Virus record (IMG/VR): IMGVR_UViG_3300049489_000482
Coordinates: 1 to 58,712 of that record
DNA: 58,712 nucleotides
Reading direction: 5' to 3' (one strand)
From: a virus
Lineage: Duplodnaviria > Caudoviricetes
The translations under genes were made by a program, and so were the position numbers. A model generated the notes under the pieces. The model was not told where the DNA came from. It did not search any database and saw nothing but the letters and a program-made list of their open reading frames with translations. This document shows, piece by piece, positions 10,505 to 19,800 of this stretch (its first letter is position 1; each line of letters begins with the position of its first letter).

Positions 10505-10993
10505 TCAGCCCTCGTGTGGGATGCCGATGAATGTGTTCACCCAGCGATCGAGGATGGCGTCAATCTCCGGCTGCCACTCGCTCTGCTCCGCGTCCGGGTT
10601 GACGGTTTTGGCGTAGTCCAGAACCTCTTTGAGGTAGAGTGCCGCCGCGTATGCGACGACCTGGAGCGGTTCCGTCTCCGTGATCTCCGGGAACTGCTCC
10701 TTGAGGAACACGTCGATGCCGCCTGGCCGGTTGAACGATTCGACGGGCGGGTAATCGTCCGGGAGCCCGCCGAGGAAGATGTCAGCCACGCTCTCGCAGT
10801 CGCCTTGGAGGTTGTCGGTGACGAACTTGAGCGCCTCCGGTGTCTCTGCCTCCGCCAACTGGATCAGGGTGCCGCCGCTCAGTTCGCGTAGGATTGACGC
10901 CACGGCTGCCTTGTCGCCGAGGTAGCCGGGTGCGCTCGTCGATTGCAAACCTGCCGCCAGTCCGTCTCCGATCATTTCTTTGTCATCTGCCAT
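10505..10993 (-). CDS. Acidic protein, candidate immunity partner of the MuF toxin
   Basis: Strongly acidic ORF directly downstream of the ADP-ribosyltransferase-terminated MuF gene. Confidence 0.45.
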   Translation of the reverse strand: MADDKEMIGDGLAAGLQSTSAPGYLGDKAAVASILRELSGGTLIQLAEAETPEALKFVTDNLQGDCESVADIFLGGLPDDYPPVESFNRPGGIDVFLKEQFPEITETEPLQVVAYAAALYLKEVLDYAKTVNPDAEQSEWQPEIDAILDRWVNTFIGIPHEG

Positions 10994-11032
10994 GCCACAT
11001 GAATGCCACACCGCCAGTTCAGATGGAAGTCT

Positions 11033-14000
11033 TCATTTCAGAGTGCTGCTCACCTGGTCGCTCATCGTCGGAAGAAGGTAGGCATAGACGTGCGTATTTC
11101 CGTCCGCGTCCTTCTTCACGCTCTGAACCAGCATCCGCTGGTTTGGCACCATGATCATCTCCTTCTCGCTCTTGTGGCTTGAGATGTTTCCGCCCACGTA
11201 GAGTCCACGCACTGCCGGCCCCGCCTTCATGTGGACGGTCACGTTGCCGCTCCACGCCGTGGTGATTACGGACGTCGAGATGATGGCCGGGTCCTGAAGC
11301 ACTTTCCCGGTGGAGTTCAGCAACTTTGCGTAGTCGGCCGGGTCGTTAAACGAGAACTTGCGTGCCAGCCATGTGCCCTCCGGTATCGGCTGCGCCGCCT
11401 TCTCCAATGCCAGCGCGGCGGCCACTCCGGAGCTTCCCTTTTTCTTCTGCATCAACTGCGGGTTCTGGCTCAGATAACCGCTTCCAGTGTATGCCTTGAT
11501 CTCGGCGCGTTCCGATTCTGTCAGTGCGGCGTAGGCGGCTTCGTGCTGTTTCTGAAGCTTCGAGGACGAGTTGTTGAAGTCTTTGGTGTTCTCAAATGTG
11601 CCCATGTTTCCGGCGAGCGGTTTGAACTCGCCGAGGACGTGATACCTGCCGATGTCGTTGTAGATGCCCTTCTTTGCCGAGAGCGGGAACTCTTCATGCA
11701 GCGTTTTGAAGTCGCCGACCAGATCCTTGACCGGCTTCACCGGCTCCGGCGGTGGAGGCGGGTTCTTCACCGCGTCGATGACGTCGAGCAGTTTCTGTTT
11801 GTATTCGGCGAGCTTCGGCGACTTCGTGGCGTCGATGGCATTGATGCCGGCCACGTCCCCCTTGAATGCGAGCGCGTAAGCCTTCGCCGCAGCGTCCTCG
11901 TTCAGCTTCTTCACCGCGAGGTTGCTCGTGGTAAACACCGGAGGCTTGATCGGCTCGACGGCCTTTGCGATGACCTGGTCGAGCGGCTTGCTGACGGACG
12001 GAGCGGTCGCCTTTGCCTGGCCCGCCGCCGCCTGGATAATCTTCGACGCCGAGATGGTTACGGCAGGAGCGGCCGGCGCGGCCACCGCACCTTCCGGCTT
12101 CGGGTTCGCGGCCAGATGCGCGAGCAGCGCCTCTTTGTAGGCGTGTTGCTGCTTGGCGTATGTTTGCTTGGCATCGGCCTTCGTGTAGACGGCTGAAATC
12201 TTCGCGGCATCACCGGTCAGTGCCGCCGCGTGAAGCGCGTTTACTTTGGCGTTGTGGACTGGACCATTCGCGACGCTGGCGGTCAGCGGTGGTTTCGGAA
12301 TCGAATCAACCCACTTTGCGTGCGCCTTCTCCGCTGCCTCCTTGGATGCCACGGCTGCGGCGCCGTGCTTCTGCTCCATCTCGGTGAGTATCATAGCGTA
12401 CACCTGAGCAGCGGCCTTCTGGTACGGGTTCGGCGACTTGGTCTTGCTCAGGTCGTAGGCGTGCTTCTTCAGTTCATCGATGTTCCCGGTGTCAGCGGCC
12501 TCTTCCATCTTGGCGATCTTGTTGACCGCCCAGTGCGCCGCGCTGTTGTGCGCCGGCCACTCGGTGACGTCCAGCGATTGGATGTGCTTCAGCGGCTTCT
12601 CCACCTTTCCAAGCGCCTTCTTCTCCGCCGCCGCCGTGGTGGCGATGGATGCGGCCACGGAATCCGGTTCCGTTGCGGTGACCGGCTCGGGCTTCGTGGC
12701 AAGCCCGGCCTTCTCCAGAATCGCGTCGCGCCGCTGCTTCAGCACCGACGCCATCGCCGCAGCCTTGTCGCCGACGAGGAACTGCTGCGTCAGGTTGTCG
12801 ATCTGCGCGTCGGTGACGGTTTGCAGCGCCTGCGCCGACTCCTTCAGCGCTTCTGGCGTCATGTCCTTGAATACGTGCGCGGCCTGCGGGTTCAGTTTCT
12901 GGTCGCGCATCGTGTCCCATTCCTTCGGGTCCGCGCCGAACTCCTTCTTGCCTCCCTGCGCCCGGTATTCGAGAGAACCGCCTGTGTCCACCGTGGTGAT
13001 TTTCTTGGTGTCGTTGTTCCAGACCTGGTTGTCGTAGCTGGCGCCGATGGCGTCCCAGTTCCCAAGCCACGCATGGACCGCGAACGCCTTTTGAGCGGCC
13101 TTGCGCTCACCTTCGCTGTTCTGGTCAAACGGCGCTTTGTTCAGCCACGGCGTCGCGGTCATTACCTGCGATTTCGCCGAGTTGAATGCGACGCGATAAT
13201 CCGGCACGGACTGGCCGGCCGCCTTGTAGAGATTTGCCGCCAGCACTTCCTGGACGGCCTGAGCGCCACCACCCTTCGGCTCCTTCACGTACCACTTCGA
13301 TCCGTCCGGAGCCTGCATCACGCTCGCCGGGTTGCTGCCCTGCTGCCCGCCGATGACCTTCCAGCCAGTGGTGTTTACCGGCACGTCAGGTTCGGAGCCG
13401 CCCGCGGGCGGGTTCGACGCGCTGTCACCGGCGCTGCCCTGCCCGACGTGGCACTCCTTGTCGCCAGCGATCCACGAGTCGCCACATGGTTGACCGCCCT
13501 CGTTGGCGGCGTGTTTGGTGGAGCGAAACTCATGGCCCGGAAGGTCGCCATTCGCCGCCTCACGCTCACTGATCCCGAGCATCTCGTTGACGAGGTTCTC
13601 CGCGCGTCCGCTCTCGCTGAACGGTTGCGTAGTGTCCCCGTGCGCCAGCCACGCCTTGAGCGTGCCCACGTCCGTGCGCGTCTGCGCGCTGATGCGGGTG
13701 TCCGCGCTGCCGTCGCTGAAACTGCGCCGGTATGCTACCAGCGCCTGGGTCGGCGCGCTGAACCCGAGCATGACCTTGTGCTCGTCAAACTCGCCCGTGT
13801 CCGGGTCCGCCTGGTCGATGACGAGGACGTGCGGTGAGTTCTCGTCCGGCCCGACGTAGCAGTCCACATGGTCGCCGTCGGCGCTGCGGGCGGATTCGTT
13901 GGCGACTGGTTTGCTGTGGTCTTTTCCGTGTGCCGCCCTGTCAATGGCCGGCAGCAGATCATGCCGCCCGGTAGCGTCTGCAAGCACCTGCCGGTCGCGG

Positions 14001-15697
14001 CTGCGGTTCAGCATCGTCATTGCCTCCTCGACAGGCACCAGCCTGGTCGCCGCCGTCTCGTCCGGCTTGAACCCGCGCGGGTCGCCGCCTGAGCGTGCCC
14101 CGTGGTAGTAGCGCGTCACCGACGTGTCGCCCCGGTAGTCGCCGATGTGCTTGCCGATGACCGCCGTGAGTCCCGTCTCCTCGTGCAGTTCCTTGTGCGC
14201 GGTCTGTTGCAGCGTCAGCCCGTCCTCGACGGTGCCCTTCGGCAGCGTGAACTTGTAGCCTCCAAACTTCCACTTCGGCTGCACCAGCCAGACTCGACCG
14301 TCCTTCTCCTGCAGCACCATGCCTGCGCTGACGTGCTGCCCCTTCGGCGGTTTCGGCGGTGCCGGTTCCTTGGCGCTGTCCTTGATGGCCGCGAAGTCCG
14401 GCGCCTGGACTGGTGCGGTGCTGATGCCGTGCAGCGTCTTGGGCGCGTCGGCGCCGGGATGAAACAGGCGATGTTTCGGGTTCGCCGGCTTGCTCAGGTC
14501 GTCCGGCTCCGCCTTCTTCGATGTCACCATTCCTGGCAGTGAGTATTGCCCGTGCTCCTTGCCGCCCGTGGGCGGGTTGCCTCCGCCGACGTGGCATTCC
14601 TTGTCCCCGGCGATCCATCCCTCGCCACACGGAATGCCTCCCTCGTTCGCCGCCTCACGTTCGCGCGGGTGCAGTATGTAGCCGTAGTCCACCGGCATTT
14701 TGACGCTCCACTCCGTTCCGTCCGGTGCCGAGCCGCGCCGGATGCCGCCCGCTGGCGTCTCGATGCGGATGTCCAGTCCCTGAAACTTCAGGCGCTCCTT
14801 TCGGTAGTTCCCGGCCGCAGCCTGTGCCGGCGTCGGCTCGGTGATCTCGTTCGCCGCGTGCGTGAGCACGCCGTCTTTGAACGTGTAGCCGTCCCCCAAG
14901 TCTTCGAGCAGCGCCTCGCGGAGTTCCGGTGTCAGCGCCTGGACGCTGCTCTCCACGTCCTCCTCAAAGTTGCGCGACTGCGGTTGGACCTTTTCGTCCT
15001 TCGTGATCACGCCCAGTTCCTCCGCCTCTTCTCGGGTAATGTCCCGGATGTCCATGCCGCTCTGGTAGTCAAACGGCGGATAAGGCAGCCCGAACGCCGA
15101 GATGGCTTCCCAGATCGGGTCGTCCTTGCGCGCGATCATGCGGCCTTCCGCGTAGTCGCCACGGCCAGGCGTCAGTTCGCCGCCCGCGTCCTGCCACCGG
15201 GTTGGCCAGTCGCGCCACTCCTCCCGATCCTCAGCCCTGACGAGTTCCTGGCACGGCCATGCGTCCAGCACCGCCTCGTTCTGCCCCTGCGCCCAGCGCC
15301 CGAAGCCCTGCGCCAGTTCCGTGTTCGTCTTCAGCACAAGGTTAAGCCTCTGGTCGCTCGACAGGTCGGTGATGCTTCCGCGCTGCGCCGCGTCCGGCTG
15401 GTAGCCGATGGAGTTGAGTTCGTCCTTCAACCGAAGGCGGGCGGTGGCGTAGTCGAGACCCTCGGTGACCGGCTTGCCGTCGCGCAGCACGGTGTGCGGG
15501 TGCAGGATTTCGTCGATGGTGTCCTGAATGGTCTGGACGTAGCGCGCGTTCGTGGTGCGTGCGCTGAACCGCGCAACTTCGAGGATTGACGGGTTGATCT
15601 TGGCCAGTTCCGCCGATGACAAATCGGTCGGCAGCAGCGCCTTGACCGCCGTGGACTTCAGGGCTTCGGCGAATGGCAGAGGATTTCCGAACAGCAT
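11033..15697 (-). CDS. MuF (gp30/SPP1 gp7-like) head protein fused to split InPase, NUDIX, kinase-like and VIP2-type ADP-ribosyltransferase domains
   Basis: MuF (RLNLVLKTN...PYPPFDYQSGM); InPase (AGNYRK..IETPAG..YGYI / DGDHVD..FDEHKVMLG); Nudix box PKGTVEDGLTLQQTAHKELHEETGL; kinase-like (GSNP, YVK, WLGNWD, VDTGGSL); ART R..STS..EKE. Confidence 0.85.
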   Translation of the reverse strand: MLFGNPLPFAEALKSTAVKALLPTDLSSAELAKINPSILEVARFSARTTNARYVQTIQDTIDEILHPHTVLRDGKPVTEGLDYATARLRLKDELNSIGYQPDAAQRGSITDLSSDQRLNLVLKTNTELAQGFGRWAQGQNEAVLDAWPCQELVRAEDREEWRDWPTRWQDAGGELTPGRGDYAEGRMIARKDDPIWEAISAFGLPYPPFDYQSGMDIRDITREEAEELGVITKDEKVQPQSRNFEEDVESSVQALTPELREALLEDLGDGYTFKDGVLTHAANEITEPTPAQAAAGNYRKERLKFQGLDIRIETPAGGIRRGSAPDGTEWSVKMPVDYGYILHPREREAANEGGIPCGEGWIAGDKECHVGGGNPPTGGKEHGQYSLPGMVTSKKAEPDDLSKPANPKHRLFHPGADAPKTLHGISTAPVQAPDFAAIKDSAKEPAPPKPPKGQHVSAGMVLQEKDGRVWLVQPKWKFGGYKFTLPKGTVEDGLTLQQTAHKELHEETGLTAVIGKHIGDYRGDTSVTRYYHGARSGGDPRGFKPDETAATRLVPVEEAMTMLNRSRDRQVLADATGRHDLLPAIDRAAHGKDHSKPVANESARSADGDHVDCYVGPDENSPHVLVIDQADPDTGEFDEHKVMLGFSAPTQALVAYRRSFSDGSADTRISAQTRTDVGTLKAWLAHGDTTQPFSESGRAENLVNEMLGISEREAANGDLPGHEFRSTKHAANEGGQPCGDSWIAGDKECHVGQGSAGDSASNPPAGGSEPDVPVNTTGWKVIGGQQGSNPASVMQAPDGSKWYVKEPKGGGAQAVQEVLAANLYKAAGQSVPDYRVAFNSAKSQVMTATPWLNKAPFDQNSEGERKAAQKAFAVHAWLGNWDAIGASYDNQVWNNDTKKITTVDTGGSLEYRAQGGKKEFGADPKEWDTMRDQKLNPQAAHVFKDMTPEALKESAQALQTVTDAQIDNLTQQFLVGDKAAAMASVLKQRRDAILEKAGLATKPEPVTATEPDSVAASIATTAAAEKKALGKVEKPLKHIQSLDVTEWPAHNSAAHWAVNKIAKMEEAADTGNIDELKKHAYDLSKTKSPNPYQKAAAQVYAMILTEMEQKHGAAAVASKEAAEKAHAKWVDSIPKPPLTASVANGPVHNAKVNALHAAALTGDAAKISAVYTKADAKQTYAKQQHAYKEALLAHLAANPKPEGAVAAPAAPAVTISASKIIQAAAGQAKATAPSVSKPLDQVIAKAVEPIKPPVFTTSNLAVKKLNEDAAAKAYALAFKGDVAGINAIDATKSPKLAEYKQKLLDVIDAVKNPPPPPEPVKPVKDLVGDFKTLHEEFPLSAKKGIYNDIGRYHVLGEFKPLAGNMGTFENTKDFNNSSSKLQKQHEAAYAALTESERAEIKAYTGSGYLSQNPQLMQKKKGSSGVAAALALEKAAQPIPEGTWLARKFSFNDPADYAKLLNSTGKVLQDPAIISTSVITTAWSGNVTVHMKAGPAVRGLYVGGNISSHKSEKEMIMVPNQRMLVQSVKKDADGNTHVYAYLLPTMSDQVSSTLK

Positions 15698-15763
15698 TCC
15701 CCTGCGCTACTCTCGCCGGCTGGATTTGTCACGCACGGCGTTGCGCCGCCGCTCTCCGTAGTG

Positions 15764-17038
15764 TCAGAAACTATCCAAATTCCAGCCTGCGTTTCGGCGT
15801 TCGATCTTTGATCCGGGAAGCGCCAGAAACGCAGCCAGAGAAATGGTACGCCGACGGGTTCCTTTGAAGTTCAGAATCGTCAGTGAGTTGCCGTTGATGA
15901 TGTCTCGGGCCGCGATGCCGCGCTCGTCAAGATCGTCGTGCGTCGGAAAGCTGTTCGACACAGCAGCCGTGGCGCTGAATGTCTTCACGCACACCGGAGC
16001 CGGGGCCGGCACGAACTTCGCGATCTGCGCTTCAACCTTAGCGGCGTCGCGCTCAAGCACGACGACGCCGCTGAACTGAGGCACGCGGCCCGAGAAACCC
16101 GTGAGGGCTTCGGCGAACTCGATGCCGTTCTTGGTCATCCATCCGTGCGCCTTCTTTTCGGTCTTACCGCCGAGCGACTTCGCCAATTTTGAAACTTCCG
16201 AATAGTTGAAGTGCCGAAGCCCGGCGCGAACACCGTGAATGATGTCCACATTTCCGTAAGGGTTCTTCGCCTCGCCGACTGTCGCCACCGGCGCGTCGGT
16301 CGCAACTGCGGCAACGCGGGCCGCGTCGCGGGCAATGCGCTGTTCCGCGGCGAGGCGCTGGCCGATCTCGAACGCCTCTTGCTCGGCGGGCAGCCGGCAG
16401 ATTTCCGACGAGCGGCTCAGGCCGTCCGCGATGTTGTCTTCGCCCGCGATTTGATTGAAGGTGACGAGCATCGAATTCTCGGCGGCGATCTTCTTCGCGA
16501 GCCACAAGTACTTCGCGCCGTCGTAACCGAATTTGGTGCTCGCCTCGAAGCTGCCGATCCGGTCGTTCCGAACTTCGATGCGCGACAGTTTCATTTCCTT
16601 GGCCGTCTCGACGGCTTTCAGGACGCCGAAGCACTCGGCAGCGAATTGATCGTAATCACCGTTCGCGGTGTGGCAGTTCCCGTTGACTGCCGTGCAGCGG
16701 GCCACTTCAGTGCCGGCCTCGTCGAGCACTATTACGGCGGCTTTCGCGCCAACGGCATTCGAGCGCCGGGCCGCGTCGCAATAGACAAGGTGCAGCGGCT
16801 GGCCGGCGACGGCGGTTTCAATCGCCGCTTGGGCGGCGAGTTCGTTTTGCTCGCGCCGGGCCTCGCGCACGGCGGCATAGTCGATGCCGCACACTTTTAG
16901 GAGCGCGGCTTTGTAGCGCGGGAAGGCGCTGCGGTTGTCGAACCCGAGTTCGATTCCGATCTGGCGAAGCTCGGCTGATGTTCCAGCGCAGAGGATGCGC
17001 TCTTTGTTGTCGGCTACAATTTCGGCGATGGTCTTCAT
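15764..17038 (-). CDS. RNase H-fold domain protein
   Basis: VYCDAA, AAECFGV, IEVRND and NIADGLSR match the RNase HI D-E-D-D pattern. Confidence 0.65.
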   Translation of the reverse strand: MKTIAEIVADNKERILCAGTSAELRQIGIELGFDNRSAFPRYKAALLKVCGIDYAAVREARREQNELAAQAAIETAVAGQPLHLVYCDAARRSNAVGAKAAVIVLDEAGTEVARCTAVNGNCHTANGDYDQFAAECFGVLKAVETAKEMKLSRIEVRNDRIGSFEASTKFGYDGAKYLWLAKKIAAENSMLVTFNQIAGEDNIADGLSRSSEICRLPAEQEAFEIGQRLAAEQRIARDAARVAAVATDAPVATVGEAKNPYGNVDIIHGVRAGLRHFNYSEVSKLAKSLGGKTEKKAHGWMTKNGIEFAEALTGFSGRVPQFSGVVVLERDAAKVEAQIAKFVPAPAPVCVKTFSATAAVSNSFPTHDDLDERGIAARDIINGNSLTILNFKGTRRRTISLAAFLALPGSKIERRNAGWNLDSF

Positions 17039-17114
17039 TATTTTGTCGTTTTTCGCTCCGGGCACCATGCCCGTTGCTTGGGAGCACATTACCAGGCCGC
17101 CGTTGGTTGGCGAT

Positions 17115-17138
17115 TGGAAAATCAGGGGTCATTTTCCA
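17115..17138. promoter_or_regulatory. Operator-like inverted repeat TGGAAA-N12-TTTCCA
   Basis: Same motif at 48268-48291 and 49261-49284. Confidence 0.55.
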
Positions 17139-17151
17139 CCCGCTCCCCAGC

Positions 17152-17304
17152 CTAGAGGTCTGCGCTATCTAGGCCGGTTTCATCGGCCAATTTCTCACCC
17201 GCCCGCTCGGCTACGGCGATGGCTTCCTTTTCATCCAAGCCGCCCCCGCCGGCCTCGGTTGGCTGCATCAGGTTACGCACGATCATGTCGAAGTTGTTGG
17301 TCAT
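17152..17304 (-). CDS. 50-aa acidic protein (absent from the ORF track)
   Basis: Manual translation MTNNFDMIVRNLMQPTEAGGGGLDEKEAIAVAERAGEKLADETGLDSADL; starts 4 nt after the upstream stop. Confidence 0.55.
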   Translation of the reverse strand: MTNNFDMIVRNLMQPTEAGGGGLDEKEAIAVAERAGEKLADETGLDSADL

Positions 17305-17308
17305 AAAT

Positions 17309-18193
17309 TCACCATGCCAGCCCGCGCTTCACTGCGTTCGGGCCGCCATCGGCCTCGGCATCCTTGGCCGCTGCCAGCCAGCGTGGAATGTTAAACGAAC
17401 CATCGGCGTTCCGTGTCACCTGAGATTTTGGAAGGAACACAGACGTGTCGCCCTGTAACGAGGAATGGGCTGCGTTGTACTCGACCCTGAGGTGCCATGC
17501 TTTATCCGTTTCGCCTGCGAAGGTGTAGCTTCCGGGCTGCGGGGTAAACATGCGTGACTGAAGTTTCTGGTCGGTTAACCACTTCGGCACCGTGATTTTC
17601 TCGCCTTCCATTTTGACCTGAGACTTCGGCATCCACATGTCCTCAAAGTCGGGATGCGAATAGAGGATGGCCTTCTCGGTTTCTCGAATCACCTTACCAC
17701 CGCTGAACGTCGAACTGCCGTCCGCATTACGCTTCCAACCAAGTGTCTCGCCAGCAGCTTCCTTTTGTGCGTCCTGAGCGGCGGCTTGCTTCTGCGATTC
17801 CAAGGTGGACTTACGCTCGGCGATCTTGTCCTCCAGAATTTGGCGGCCACGTTCTGTAACCGTCAGTTTGCCAGCTTCATCCAAAACCTGACCACGCTTC
17901 GGCAGCCAGTGCTCTCCGTGTTCTGGGTGCGCGATCTTCATCGCCTTTTCCGACTCGCCGGTTTTCTTCCAGCCTTCGCTCGACGCCTTGCCGCCTTTGC
18001 CTGCGGACCAGCCAATGCGGCATTCCTTGTTGGCGCTGATGAACGAGTCGCCGCAGGGTTGCCCGCCTTCGTTCGCGAAATCCTTCTCCCATTTCTTTCG
18101 AGCCGCAAGAGTGTGCGTCTGGTTCGCCACCAAAGTCACTCCGTCGTCCTCGACTAGGATGTGGCCTCCGTTGCGTTGAATCCACTTTGGCAT
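17309..18193 (-). CDS. Probable head cargo protein: FANE site, Cys tag and three ETEKA..WxPKSQ repeats
   Basis: WEKDFANEGGQPCGDSFISANKEC, then three copies of a small repeat domain. Confidence 0.7.
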   Translation of the reverse strand: MPKWIQRNGGHILVEDDGVTLVANQTHTLAARKKWEKDFANEGGQPCGDSFISANKECRIGWSAGKGGKASSEGWKKTGESEKAMKIAHPEHGEHWLPKRGQVLDEAGKLTVTERGRQILEDKIAERKSTLESQKQAAAQDAQKEAAGETLGWKRNADGSSTFSGGKVIRETEKAILYSHPDFEDMWMPKSQVKMEGEKITVPKWLTDQKLQSRMFTPQPGSYTFAGETDKAWHLRVEYNAAHSSLQGDTSVFLPKSQVTRNADGSFNIPRWLAAAKDAEADGGPNAVKRGLAW

Positions 18194-18196
18194 ATA

Positions 18197-18673
18197 TCAA
18201 AGCCCGTTCATGGCGTCCCGCGTGTAGACGCGTGTGCTGCTCCGCACGACCTTGATGTTGCCGCCCGACTGGACGTTCACCGCCTCCGGGTCGGTCGGCG
18301 CGCTCACCACGAGGTCGCCCTTGACGATGGCGTCGAGGTCCTTCTCCGCCTTGCGGATCAGTTCCTTCTGGTCCTCCGTCAGTTGGATGCTGCGGCTCAG
18401 TCCGATGCGCGCGTTCATCGCCTCCAGAATCAGCCAGCACGCCGCCGTCTTGAGCTCGGGAGGGATGGTGTTGGCCGTGGCGCTCACCGTGGTGCCCCTG
18501 GCCGACTTGACCTTGTTGCGGATGCGCTCGATGACGTCCACGCTCGCCGCAAGGAATGGGTCCGGCTGGTTGTCCGCCAGCGCCGCCGTCCGCAGCGCGT
18601 CCGTCTTCAGCCCGGTCAAATACGTGTCCAGATCGGTGGCTGCCACCGTCACCCATGCTCGTGTTGCGCTCAT
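18197..18673 (-). CDS. Head-tail adaptor (Mu gp36/DUF1320-like)
   Basis: Follows the capsid gene; 'IPPELKTAAC...AEKDLDAIVKG' pattern. Confidence 0.65.
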   Translation of the reverse strand: MSATRAWVTVAATDLDTYLTGLKTDALRTAALADNQPDPFLAASVDVIERIRNKVKSARGTTVSATANTIPPELKTAACWLILEAMNARIGLSRSIQLTEDQKELIRKAEKDLDAIVKGDLVVSAPTDPEAVNVQSGGNIKVVRSSTRVYTRDAMNGL

Positions 18674-18705
18674 GCCTGTGCCTACTCCCGTCCCGCGCGG
18701 CGAGC

Positions 18706-18740
18706 AAACAAAAAGGCCGGCCACTTTCGCGGCCGGCCTT
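18706..18740 (-). terminator. Intrinsic terminator after the major capsid gene
   Basis: AAGGCCGGCCGC-GAAA-GTGGCCGGCCTT followed by a T tract on the minus strand. Confidence 0.8.
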
Positions 18741-18756
18741 CGTGAATCAGTTCCGA

Positions 18757-19761
18757 TCAGGAGATCGTCGCCTTCTGAATCCCGAGCGTGCTCGTGACGA
18801 TGATGTTCGAGTAGTGCTCGACGGTGATGTCGATCAGCTTCGCGTTGATCTGCTGCTCGTACACCCGGAACGGCGTTCCGCCCGTGGTCGGACTGACGAA
18901 CCGCTTGATGTTCGAGGGGTCCTCCGCCGTGGCGTTCGACTCCGCCATGAAGAGCAGGACGTAATCGCCCAGCACCTTGCTCTTGGTGGCCGCTGCGCTC
19001 TGGTATCGCTCCTTGCTCACGCGCACCTCGTCAAGGCCGAGGTATCCGGCCACTTCCGCCTCGGTCATGCCGGCGCTGGCGAACCCGCCCGCCGTGTTCT
19101 GAGCGCGATGCGAAATGCGGCGCTTGTTCCACGCCACCGTGCCGTAAAGGCCGCGGTTCGGGTTGATGCCGGCCGCGTCCTGAAACGCGATGACCAACGC
19201 GGCAATGTCTTGGTCTGGGTCCTTGCCCGCGTCCGTGTTCCACGTCTTGGCGGTGTTCGCTCCCGCCGCGACCAGCAGGGCGATGGCCCGGCGCAGTTCG
19301 TTGCGGTAGAGCCGGCGCATGAGACGTCCGGTGTAGAGTTCGCGCCAGTTCGGGTTGCCCTCGACGTTGTCCAGGTCTACCCGGATGGTGAGACCTTTGT
19401 TCAGCGTCTTGGCCGACTCCTTTTCGCTGGTAAACTCCACGCGCTTGAAGTCTGCGCCGATGGCGCGGACGTCATCCGTTTCGGAGAGGAACTCCTCCGC
19501 GTTCGACGCCTTGCCGAACTCGAAGCGGCGAGAGGTCTGAACCTTCGGCGCGACGAATTCGAGCGTGGCCTCGATGTTGTTCGGGTCCTTCCAGCCGATG
19601 GCGTAGGTCGTCAGCGGCTCCGAGAAGTTCGCTTCGACAAAGCGGCTCTCGTTCGCGAAGTACATCGAGCCGGGCGCGTTGTTGGCGCCGAGGTCGTTCC
19701 CCGCGATCATGTCGGCAATCGCTCCCGCGACTGCCGCACCTGCGATGAGTTTCGATTTCAT
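18757..19761 (-). CDS. Major capsid protein
   Basis: 334 aa; follows protease and cement genes; followed by a strong terminator; leader ends in FANE. Confidence 0.75.
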   Translation of the reverse strand: MKSKLIAGAAVAGAIADMIAGNDLGANNAPGSMYFANESRFVEANFSEPLTTYAIGWKDPNNIEATLEFVAPKVQTSRRFEFGKASNAEEFLSETDDVRAIGADFKRVEFTSEKESAKTLNKGLTIRVDLDNVEGNPNWRELYTGRLMRRLYRNELRRAIALLVAAGANTAKTWNTDAGKDPDQDIAALVIAFQDAAGINPNRGLYGTVAWNKRRISHRAQNTAGGFASAGMTEAEVAGYLGLDEVRVSKERYQSAAATKSKVLGDYVLLFMAESNATAEDPSNIKRFVSPTTGGTPFRVYEQQINAKLIDITVEHYSNIIVTSTLGIQKATIS

Positions 19762-19800
19762 GTTCTGTTGATGCTTTCTTGGTTACGGAGTTGCGGTTGC

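Noticed and set aside
13895-14653. Intein in the MuF protein
   Set aside because: The insert lacks the C/S start and HN-C/S/T end motifs and is a NUDIX domain.
17060-17080. Sigma54 promoter (GGCAC..TTGC)
   Set aside because: Spacing is wrong and it faces against the local genes.
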